Source of the DNA: Azolla caroliniana
Lineage: Eukaryota; Plantae; Polypodiophyta
Direction of reading: 5' to 3'
NCBI GenBank assembly: GCA_043228905.1
Contig: JBHGNT010000011.1
Location: 4,402,001-4,466,000 of the forward strand
DNA: 64,000 bases
Every line of letters starts with the position of its first letter. Position 1 is the stretch's first letter. The translations under genes and the position numbers were made by a program. The notes under the pieces were generated by a model. It ran no database searches and was not told the origin of the DNA. It saw only the letters and a list, made by a program, of their open reading frames with translations. Positions 10,714-21,131 of the stretch are shown piece by piece.

Positions 10714-13700
10714 TTACATAGCAATCAATTCATCAACGTCATTTTCTTCATCATCTTGTGTAGAACTGTCTTCGGCTATACGTGCATTGGTTTCCCCTGT
10801 TAGCCGGGCCAACGAAATATCTTCTATAAGCTCATCATCAAGCTCTATTAGCTCCCCCGGTTCGCCGGCTAACGGAGGAATAGGCTCTCGCGAAGCGGGT
10901 TGAAACCTTTCTGTATTGGCGAGGTTCTTTGCACTAACCTCCTCATCCTGGTCTGGGCACTCCCACAAAGCCTTAATCCGCATATTAATAAATATAACTT
11001 GGTCCTCGTCCTTCTCCAATGCAACTGTATTCCTAAACAGCTTCAATGCACATGCTGACGTAGTTCCTATGATGTAAGTAACAAGAAGATTTAGTTGTCA
11101 AACGAAAAAAAGTGATTGGTTATCTCAAGATCGTTACCCTAGTTCGAGGAATACCTGTGCCAGAAAAGAGATCTAATATCCAGTCTCCTTCGACAGAAAA
11201 CATCTCGATCAAGCGCATCATAAGTCGTTGAGGTTTTTGGTATGGGTTGACAAGTCCCCGTTCTGTCGTGGTGACATGTCGCAATTTCCGAGTCACTGCT
11301 GGATATACCAACAGATTTGAACCTCCCACTTCATTAGAATGCTCTTTGATTCTCTGTTTTTTAATTTCATCGAAGTAGCCAACCGTTATGTATTCAATGG
11401 CATTAACGAACCGAAAAGTTGGCCCTCTATTTACATTGGTCTTGATCCTATAAAAAATAATTCATCGAGTTAAGAATAGATTCAACAACCTTAAGAATTG
11501 CAATATAATGAAAGACACCTATAAATAATCCTTACCATGCAAGGTTCTCGATGCCATGGCAACGAGATCTCAAAGCTTGAGCTACCAAGTACCCTTGGTC
11601 CATACTATGAAAGACAACTATTCGCCACAAGGATGCGGTCGTTAGCTCAGCGAAATCCTTGACCATCTTCTCCAATTGTTTAAACCTAAACGGTTCATCG
11701 TCGTATGATGACCCAGCCATTCGAAATCCGTAAGGAATATCCGCAATCATTAGCGTATATTCCTTCTTTGGCACCTTCTGGATCAAGTCGATGACATCAC
11801 CGCAAACCACATTGTAGTAAAGATCTCTCGTAATATCTTTTTTGTGGCTAAATTTTTTTAACGAGCCATCTTCCTCCATTTCGTACGCCTTGACTAAGCG
11901 ACGATCCTTTTCTTTTCTGGCTCGCTCGAGATGTGCAAGGAAGGATGTAGGGAAATCGTGTATATCCTTAACTTCTCCTTGTTTCTTGCCTCGACACGGT
12001 TTCTAATAGAAGCAATAGGACATCAGGTATTATTATACAAGCTCTACATATGATGAAAGGGTAATGAAAAAACATCAATACTAACCCAATCCTTGAATGC
12101 AATAAAATACTCTGATAACGCCTTATACGAAGACGTTAGAGGATAATCCTCGGTCACTTGTTCCCAAGTTATACATCCAAGTTGTTTCATCATTACTTCT
12201 TGGATCTTCATGTACACCTTATGACTGTAAAATTAGAAAACAAGATTAGAACTTTGAATTACACCAGATAGACTACAATTTCAGTATTTGAAAGACTTAC
12301 TTATTGAACTCGGTGACCATTTCTTCAAGGCTTAAATCTTTCGCCACAACCCTTGACAAAACCGACACAAGAAGCTGCTCGTCCTTAATACCTTGCATCG
12401 CTCTCCATAGAGACAGCTTCATGTCGTCTGCCGCTTCTTCAATTGTCAAGTCAATTTTCTTGGCGGCTTGTGACTTTAATTCTAGTTGAGGGTCAACCCT
12501 ACATTTCTTTTGTCGTTGACCCTTTACCTCCTTATTCTCCCACATTGAGAAGATTTGATCTTGGAGGTCCCATACTTCTCCATCTCTAAACGCCAATTGA
12601 AACCAAGATTCATACTTTCGAAGACCATCAGACCTAACATTATCATCTACCACAATGCCGACTTCATGCAGACATTGGCGTCGAAGGCCTGGATGTAACT
12701 TCACACCAAACTTTTGTTTCACATCTAAATACTCGTGGTGGAAGAACCGTATACGCTCAATGGACGACATTTTCTGCCTATAGTCATTATCATTATTATG
12801 GTCCCATGCCAACAGCTTAGCCTCTTCGGTTGTGAGCCCAACATAAATTTTGCACTCGGCATACTTGAAGAAGAAAGTGGTTGGATGTTCTCTCACAAGT
12901 TGCCGACGTGCCTCTGCTGAATGCGATCCACCAATGACAAAATAATTATATTGATCATGCTTTCTGATATCAAAATCTTCAATGGTTTCACATTCTTCAG
13001 GATCCACCATAACAATAAAAGGCACCACTGTGGCATGAGGATTAATTTTCATTTTTTTCTTGAGATTTTGAACATGCATGCGATGAGGCTCTCTAATCTC
13101 AAGTGGTCTTCAACCTGTTTTTTCATCAATAGGGGGCCGATGGATGTGTGTTATAGGCAAATTAAATACCTTTTTAGTGGCCTTCAAGTGGGAGGGCTCT
13201 TCATCTCTTAGAGTTACATGGCCTTGTATATAAGGCCTCAAGGTAACAATCAGGTTTTGTGAGTTATCAAGTGCTTTTTTGAACACTTCAGGCCCACAAG
13301 ATTCCTTTACTAAAAGATCTTCTGAAAGGAACACTTTGCGTACCCCCTTGGAGCACTCTATCATTACCAGTATGTTGGCCGAATCTGCATCTTCGTAGTC
13401 AAATCGTAGAATTCGGCCATACATAAATGGAGTTTCTTTTCCTAGCTGCCCCTCACCCTTCTTCTTTGCTGTATACAATACGACTTTTTTCTTTGAGTCG
13501 ACATATTGCATACACCATTCCTTGTCCGTTAGATCTCGGTCAGGAAGGTCTTCGCCTCCAGTAGCGGCGACAAGTTTCTTTTGGCTTACATCACTATGTA
13601 GCTGAGATTTTGTCTCTTCGTTAAAGAGAAGCTTTTTTCCTCTCTTCATGGTCTCCGGAGTTACCTTGGTCTGGGCTTCGATTGGAGAACCTTGTATGCG

Positions 13701-14587
13701 AAGCTTAATTTTCTTCACGGGTCGGTCTGACAGGTTCTCAAAAGACCTATTTAAGAAAGTATATGCAAAAACATAAGTTAGACAGTCACGTAGATTGAAG
13801 TTGTTATTATAATGAAGAACAGTTTCCAGGAGCAGTAACATATTCAAAAATCTATTATAGGCAGGGCTATTCAACCTAGAAAATATATATCGTAATAAGT
13901 AAAACTGGTTATATATTCTTTTAAATAGTAGGTATGACTTATATAGATTCTAAACCTATATTGAGGAGAATTTAACATAGTGAAGGCAATTTGTAGATCA
14001 TTTTTTACTATTTTAAGCTAAAATAGGTCATAAAACACCTATAATTAGAGCATGTATTTGTTTAAAAGTAAGTAAAGTCAACATAAAAAAGACTGATTTT
14101 GCCAGACAATTTGATATCATTTCCACCCCGTAAACGATTTCTCTCTCTCAAAGGCTACACTTTAAACACGAACTCGATACGGCGTATCGAGTTCGTGTTT
14201 AAAACCTACACTTTAAACACGAACTCGATACGGCGTATCGAGTTCGTGTTTAAAACCTACACTTTAAACACGAACTCGATACGCCGTATCGAGTTCGTGT
14301 TTAAAGTTTGAATTTTAAACACGAACTCGATACGCCGTATCGAGTTCGTGTTTAAAACCTACACTTTAAACATGAACTCGATACGGCGTATCGAGTTCAT
14401 GTATACAATACAAATATTTATACACGAACTCGATACGGCGTATCGAGTTCGTGTATAAATAATTGTATTGTATACATGAACTCGATACGCCGTATCGAGT
14501 TCTTGAGAAACGAAACATATTTACAAAAATGTCCACAGTGTCAGAGGCCTACCTGGACTCCTCGCGCTCGATTCTCTTGGAAGACAT
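10714..14587 (-). CDS. Six-exon ParB/Srx-like domain plus beta-class N6-adenine/N4-cytosine DNA methyltransferase fusion (~910 aa; one in-frame TGA)
   Basis: Hand-built exons 14587-14553, 13746-12301, 12224-12086, 12002-11536, 11447-11155 and 11066-10714. All junctions are GT-AG and phase-compatible, totalling 2733 nt. Motifs are YFVIGGSHSAEA, ADIPYG, WIK, EYI, NPYQKP and ILDLFSGTGTT...ALEKD. TGA at 13112-13110 is probably CGA>TGA. An alternative in-frame acceptor exists near 13876. Confidence 0.85.
14161..14502. repeat. Array of seven palindromes (core gaactcgatacg-S-cgtatcgagttc; full unit 43 bp; period 51-52 bp) in intron 1 of the MTase gene
   Basis: Units at 14161, 14212, 14263, 14314, 14365, ~14417 and ~14469 (the last has a truncated right arm). 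The spacer acctacac occurs three times. Confidence 0.95.
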
Positions 14588-14730
14588 GGTTGATCCTGTT
14601 GAAGTGGAGGCGGAGATCGCGCTTTCGTGCTTTGTGCTCTGAGTGCTTTGTGTGCTCTGTGTGCTCTCTGCGTTCTGTGTGCTTTGTACGCTCTGTACGC
14701 TCTGGTGAGTGAAATATGATAAGGTCTTCC

Positions 14731-14739
14731 TATTTATAG
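14731..14739 (-). promoter_or_regulatory. Putative TATA box of the MTase gene
   Basis: CTATAAATA on the minus strand about 145 bp upstream of the ATG at 14587 (context tcaaccATG). Confidence 0.6.
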
Positions 14740-14778
14740 GGATTGAACCCATGGTTAAAGTAACCATAGTCACCTTAA

Positions 14779-15134
14779 CCAATGTTGGTAACTTTGAGGA
14801 TAGTTAGTTTGTAACCATAGTCACATTAACTATAGTAACTTATGATTGTATTAATGATTAGAAAGTCAAACTAACATATTGATCAATCTTTTATACTCAT
14901 AACAACCTACAATCACTTCAAAGGTTATGAAGGAGACAATGATAGAGGTTCATGAATGTACCAATGATTGATTACTAAAAGCAACAATTTTTATGACTCT
15001 CAAATGTTATGTATTAAAGATGTGGGCATGAATTAACCAATGATTGATAAGTCTAATATTTAAAATGGTGAGCATTAAAGAACCAATGAGTGAGACGTTC
15101 TATATCAAAATGGGTGTCATTAATTAGCCAATGA
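14779..15134 (+). promoter_or_regulatory. Cluster of five CCAAT boxes in the divergent intergenic region
   Basis: CCAATG at 14779, 14961, 15037, 15083 and 15128, all on the same strand. Confidence 0.45.
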
Positions 15135-15409
15135 TTTTAACATTAATCCAACATATTCAAGGCTTGTTAATGATTAGTTTTATATTTTACTTGATTTAAC
15201 ATCATTTAGATCTAGTTTATATAATGATTGATAATTTAAGTTAAATTACTTTATTAAAAATAATTTTTAGATGTATTGTATTAATAGAATATTACATAAT
15301 ATAGACATTCTATTGATTTGGCTTTTGTTTAGAGAGAAGTTTATGTTTAGGGAGGAGTATATGGTTAGAGAGGAGTATAACTTAGAGAGCCCTATCTAGA
15401 CCTTAAGCC

Positions 15410-18189
15410 ATGAGTGAAGATTCACCGTTCTCGATTGAAGAATATTGTTTGTCATCAGACCCATCGTTTTCTACTGAAGAGTATTGTTTGTCAACAGAGT
15501 CACCATATTCGATTGAAGAATATTGTCTTTCGACCCACTCACCATATTCTATCGAAGAATATTGTCTGAGCTCATCTACAGGGAATGTAAATAATGACAC
15601 ATGTGAAGAGTTCTCTATTGAAGAATACGATATTAATAAAGATACCGAGAATGAAGGAAGTGCCCAGGAAACATTGAATAACATTCGCGATGGTCAGAAC
15701 AGAGAATTAGACTGTAACAAGGTTACACCAACCTCTATGCAGGAAGAGAAATCTGGGAGCCCTATGCATATTAGAAGAATCCCACGAAGAATTCGTCTGG
15801 CTAGATTTAGCTTGGTGACATCAGATAAACAGATTGGATTTGATGTCAACAAAATATGTTGTGCCCGTGGTTGTATGTCTATGATTGGAAAATCAAAGTT
15901 GCGAGAATTAAGGCGATACTATTTTTCGATGACCGGTGATGAGCAAGACACTTACCTCGGATCACATATGCAACTAGTATCTGACAAATGTACGGGGATC
16001 AAAGTATCATTCGAGTATTATATCTTCCATGCGCAACAGATATGTAGAGTTGCATTCAAAATTGTGTTATGTGTTAGTAACATGCGGCTACATAGAGTAC
16101 AACAACGTCTACTTAGCGGGGATCAGATGCTCAATTGTAAAGAGGTTCCAAGTATGAAAGGTGCAATTGGAAGACTAGCTATTGGCTGGATGAAAACTTA
16201 CTTTCAGTTAAATTGTGAAGTAATGCCCACTACAGGTAGGATGCATCTTTCTGATAATTATACCCGTCGGGAAGTTTATGATGTCTATCGATCTGAAATG
16301 CTGGGCTCACGTAATAAGTCTATCACCTATAGCCAATTCACAAGATTATGGAGAGCTCGGTTTTCAAATGTTATTATTCCTCGTAAAGTACGTATGGGTT
16401 ATTGCTCCATTTGTGCAAATCTTAAAAGTTTGGCTAAAGGTGCAAAGACATCAATGGAAAAGGATACGAGTAAGAAGTTACTACAAGAGCATCGTGAGGC
16501 ACAATCCTTAAACGAAGGAAGGTGATGCATCATAGAGAGAAGTGTTTGAAGAGGCCTGAACAATACATGTGCTTAATGATAGATGGCATGGACCAGAAGA
16601 AGACATGCTTGCCGCATATGCGGAGGCTCCCCAAAGATGTCAATGATGAGTGCCTTGTTCAAATGCACTTGGTGGGATGCTTGGCTTATAATAGGTTTGT
16701 TCGACCTCACGTCTTCATTACTTACCCCAATGTTCACAATGACCCTAACCTAACAGTTATAGTGATTCACCGAGTTTTGATGTCTTGGGGACAACCTTTC
16801 CCCCCTGTTCTATACATTCAATTGGACAATACTGCTAGAGAGAACAAAAATTCAACTGTATTTGGCTATCTAAGTATGTTGGTCAACCTAGAATTGTTTA
16901 GGAAAGTGAAAGTCAATTTCCTTTTGGTTGGCCACACACATGACCATATAGATCAGATGTTTAGCACATTCTCCAGACAGTTGTCTCGGCATGATGCTTT
17001 CACTTTACCTAAACTATTTGATGTCATTTGTGATGCATATACACCACGCCCAAAAGTGTTACACTTGAAGGAGGTATATGACTTTAAGAGATATATATTA
17101 GATGGGGGTGGTGGGAATGTTAAAGTGCTTGCTCAGTTAAACAATATAAGTTTCAATCACATTTTTTTGATAAAGAAAAATGGAATAAGTGGTTCTACAC
17201 TTTTGTATGCTAAACAATATTCATCTTCTACAACATGGGAACCTGAAGGTGGTTGCCAGTTATTACTTTTTATGCCGAGTACAATTGTCCATGGAGCTAA
17301 GCAAATGCCAATTGAGAAGAAAGGACAGTTGCAGAGCGACTTGGTATTAGAACAAAAACGGTCATGGCTCCAAGCCTTAGAAGAAAAAAGAAAACATATT
17401 GAGGCCGCCAAGAAATATGCCGCACAACAAGACACGTCATGGTGGGATGTATTTTATAGTGATCAGAAAGTAATTATAGACAATTGTGTATCTGTTGATA
17501 ATTGGAATTTGGAAACGCCATTCACATGGTCGCTGCAACATGATCGCGTAAATAGAAGTCCCGAGCGACTAGTAAATGCGATTAATGACAGCTTGGTCCA
17601 TCCACAACAAAGAGACATTTATGTGGGACCAAGGATGACCAAAGCAGCCGAAGCTAGATGGCAAGGAAATTTGCAAGAGCTCACCGCGGGGATGTTGATT
17701 GCAACGCCGGCTGATGAAAACTCACATGGCCACCAATTTTGGGTTGGTAAAATTCTAGAAGTGCTAATGCATGAAATAGATAACACGATCAAGTCTATAA
17801 ATGTTCATTGGTACAACACTAGAAGTGCAAATGCTTTTACAGGTAAGTATACATTGGAGATGATTGAATGCCAAACAAGAAGGGGAGGTAGGAAGAGGAA
17901 GCGAAACATTCGTAACACCTCGACCCTTGATATCTTTGATGTGGATATCATCGTGTACGACTTCACACTTACAAAAGCCGGACGATTAAGGAAGTCAACA
18001 ATAGATATAATAAAAGAAAAATTACCAGGTCTACAAGGTGGCTCGAGTCAAAGGCAAACGAGATCTGCTACATATAATCTAGAGTCAAACCATTTGGTTT
18101 ATGACGAAGATAATGCACTGATTGGTACATCCGAGGATGATGAGGAGGAATCGTCATTGTATATTAGTTATAGTAGTGATTCTCCGTAA
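15410..18189 (+). CDS. Sola-like DDD transposase (~925 aa) with one frameshift near 16510
   Basis: CxxC (GYCSICANL), then IDGMDQ, LYIQLDNTARENKN and FLLVGHTHDHIDQMFS. ORFs 15410-16525 and 16522-18189 join if one base is restored (...QSL[E]RRKVMHHREK). Confidence 0.85.
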
Positions 18190-18511
18190 AGGAGTGATCA
18201 TGAATGTATATTTGGCTATTAAGTGTAACTACATTCCGCTTGTAACAAATCGAGTAATATAAAATCATGTGTTTTGAATTCTTATGATTTCCCAAAAATC
18301 GTTTCTTATAAAATAACATTGGTTGTAAAGTCTGTGATATAAATTGAGAATGTATGTTTTTGAAATTCGTCTTTTTTTAGTTACTTCTAAATCACGAAAA
18401 TAGTGGATTTTTAACCTTTTTCATAGTATGTTTGAACTTGTATGATACTGGTATCAATGTGATTTGTAAAATCATTGAAAAACCCCTAAAATTTCCCTTA
18501 TCCTTCCATTT

Positions 18512-18547
18512 ATGCGCGATCCTTCCACTTGTGAACGCGAACGTGTT
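18512..18547 (-). repeat. Right terminal inverted repeat
   Basis: atgcgcgatccttccacttgtgaacgcgaacgtgtt, the reverse complement of 9667-9702 with one mismatch. Confidence 0.93.
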
Positions 18548-19859
18548 TATAAGTGGTTGGTAGACATAATGGTTATGCCAATGGGATTGGGGCAAATGAA
18601 ATATCGCGTGCTAGCAAGAGAGGATCTCACCAACCAAGTAGAAGGACGGGCGCTAAGGAATAAAACAACTTCGGCGGTTTGTAAGTTTCTCCTTGAAGAT
18701 GTTATTTGTCGATACGGATGTGTCGGCAAAATAGTAGCCAATAGGGGAGAATTAGATGCGAATGAAGCTAAAGAGTTCTTTTCAAGAATAGGCGTCAAAT
18801 TATCGCTCACCATGGCGTACAACCCGGACGCAAATGGGAAGGTGGAATGAGGACATAGTCCAATTGTAAAAGCTCTAGCAAAGGCTTGCGACGGCAAGAT
18901 GGGAAATTGGCCACGATTACTACCGTATGCATTGTGGGCAGATAGAACTACACATAGCACGACTACGGGATATATGCCCGCCGAACTCATATTAGGACAA
19001 AAACCAATAATGCCTATTGAGCAAAGTGTTGCTTCATGGACGTCTTTGCCATGGCAAGAGGAAATGAGTCGGGAAGACTTGTTAGCCACGAGGGTTCAAC
19101 AATTAGAACGAAGGCCCGAAGATGTCGAGTTGGCAATAGAACGGTTGCGCCAAGCTCGATTGAAGAACAAGGAGAATTTTGATAGAAAGCATCGTCTTCG
19201 ACAAAGAAAAATTGAAGAAGGAGATTGGGTTCTTGTCTATGATAGTAGTCTCGATAATCAATATAGCACTACTCGAAAGTTCGCAAAACGATGGTTTGGC
19301 CCGTATATGGTCAAGAAAATAGAAAGCAATGCAACCTATTTTTTAGCGGAGTTAGATGGAACTCGACTTGCTTTGCCAATAGTAGGGAAGAGGATCAAGA
19401 TCTTTAAGAGAAGAGAGGCCCCAAATCTTGAGATCGAAGCTCTAGATGATGTATCCTTGAACATCGAGGTTGAAGAAGAGTAATTAAAAAAGAGGAACCT
19501 CACCACAATTGGCACATACCGGTGGATGTGCAGGTTTGGTGGGGGTGAATGTCGTGTGGTTTTTCACACACAATATGAAAACTAGTAAAATAATTATTTA
19601 AGATTAGCTTAATGTATTCATATAAATAGGTGTCTTCAAGAGTTTCATAGCGTAGTTTACTACGCATGAAACGGATAAACAAGTATCAAGTTATGTGAGT
19701 GTGAAGTTTGAAGAAGAAGAAAGAAAAGACAAAATTGTGAGATATCCCGCATAGATAGGACAACATTGGAACCCAGGATATATAAGGGAAACCAAAACAT
19801 AATCATTTTATCAATGTGTGGAACACAGAATGTTCAAGGTGACTTGGGCTACATTGTGT

Positions 19860-20420
19860 GGTGTGCATGCTTCGGGAGTACGCGCGTGTGCATGGTCACG
19901 TGGACGTTTTCGGACGTATGTGCGCATGGATGTCTTCAGATGTACGCACGTGTGCAAGTTTCGGGCGTACACGTGGACGTTTTGGACGGACGCGTATGTG
20001 CGGACAAGCGCGCCGATGCGTGTGTGCGCACGCGTGCATGCGTGGATGTGTACATTACGGTGCGGTCAAGACATGCGTGGATGTGTACACTACGGCGCGG
20101 TCGAGACTTTTTGCACGCGGATGCATACACGGTGCGGGTTGGACCCGCGCATGCGTGGATGCGTACACTACTACGCGGTCGGGACTTTTGCGCACGGACG
20201 CGTCTACAGTTTGGTTGCGACGCACGTACGAATTGCGCACAGGCTAAACTTTATGGATGATTGTGTCATTTGGCCGAATTATACGGACAATCGCATGCAA
20301 CCAAAAGCCAAGGCCATGCAACTAAAAGTAAAAGGCATGCATCTAAAAATGGAAGCATGCAACTAAAAGCAGAGGCCATGCAACTAAAAATAGAGGCCAT
20401 CCAACTAAAAGTGGGCATGC
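19860..20420. repeat. CpG-rich degenerate repeats and (atgcaactaaaa) repeats inside the Gypsy G2 LTR
   Basis: Recurrent gcatgcgtggatgtgtacac units at about 20035-20170, and about six atgcaactaaaa-like units at roughly 20-bp spacing at 20295-20410. Confidence 0.7.
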
Positions 20421-21131
20421 AAAGTAATTGGGGAGGAGGATCAACGAGGAGCTCAATATATGTCCCATTTTTTCCCTCCTAGTTTTTTTTTTCCCCCTTT
20501 TTTTCTTCTTCCCTCTCGGATTCGAGAAGAAAATTATCTCACATATTGATATCAAACTCCTAGCTTTGTTTACTTGATCTTTCTTGTCAAAAATTATCTC
20601 TCGTATTCATATCGGACCACTCCTTGCATGGTTGTTGGCTCCTTTCTTTGAAAAATTAATCTCTCATTTCCATACCCCACCCATTGTAACACGATTCTAA
20701 AATTACAAAGAATCAATTTTCTTTTGCAATAAACTAATGATTTGTCTCTCCCACTTGTCTTATGCTTAAAGCTTGCTTGTGTTGTACATGTTGCTCTAAA
20801 TCCTTCTAGTCCAGAACCCCGGCGGTTCCGTCTCATGATCCGCACATAGTGACGGATTTTCACGACAACGGATGTGTGTTGTGTAGATGCTCCGTCGCAT
20901 CGAGGTGGACAGTACTTTGTGACTTTCCTCGATGACTACAGTCGAAAGTTGTGGGCTTTCGTACTAAAGTCAAAAGACCAAGTACTGTCATTTTTCAAGA
21001 CAAGAGCTGAACGGGAGTCAGGTCGGAAGTCGAAGGTTGTCCAAACTGACAAGGGTGGCGAATATAAAGGGCAGTTCGAGGAATACTACAAGGCCCAAGG
21101 TATTCGAATTGAATACACAATACCTAAGACC

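Larger units (their letters stand above)
9667..18547 (+). mobile_element. Full-length 8881-bp Sola-like TIR DNA transposon with transposase and ParB-like/DNA amino-methyltransferase cargo
   Basis: 36-bp TIRs match at 35/36. TATA flanks both sides (9663-9666, 18548-18551), and removing the element plus one TATA restores the Gypsy codons CAC TAT AAG TGG. It carries two divergent genes. Confidence 0.93.
9016..20867 (+). mobile_element. Gypsy element G2: 3' pol (RNase H end, integrase) and 3' LTR, split by the DNA transposon
   Basis: HHCC zinc finger in 9030-9666. The integrase frame HPTYPLSMHY|KWLVDI resumes at 18552, with a GPY motif in 18899-19483. LTR 19550-20867 is bounded by tgtcgtg...cacgaca and followed directly by Copia integrase (TDVC). 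Confidence 0.85.

Noticed and set aside
13110-13112. Programmed readthrough or selenocysteine at the in-frame TGA
   Set aside because: CGA-to-TGA deamination at a methylated CpG is simpler, and I see no supporting signal.
14099-14311. ORF with YTLNTNSIRRIEFVFK repeats
   Set aside because: Artefact of the 51-bp (17-codon) palindrome period, antisense within an intron.
14161-14502. CRISPR array
   Set aside because: Spacers are only about 8 bp and mostly identical, there are no cas genes, and the context is a eukaryotic intron.
10714-14587. Bacterial contamination or a restriction-modification operon
   Set aside because: Five in-phase GT-AG introns, a TATA box, insertion into a plant Gypsy with a target duplication, and no endonuclease partner.
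16500-16530. Programmed frameshift or two-gene transposase
   Set aside because: There is no clear slippery heptamer, and a single-base loss restores a continuous protein.
19766-20366. Overlapping Cys/Arg-rich ORFs
   Set aside because: They arise from CpG-rich repeats inside the Gypsy LTR.
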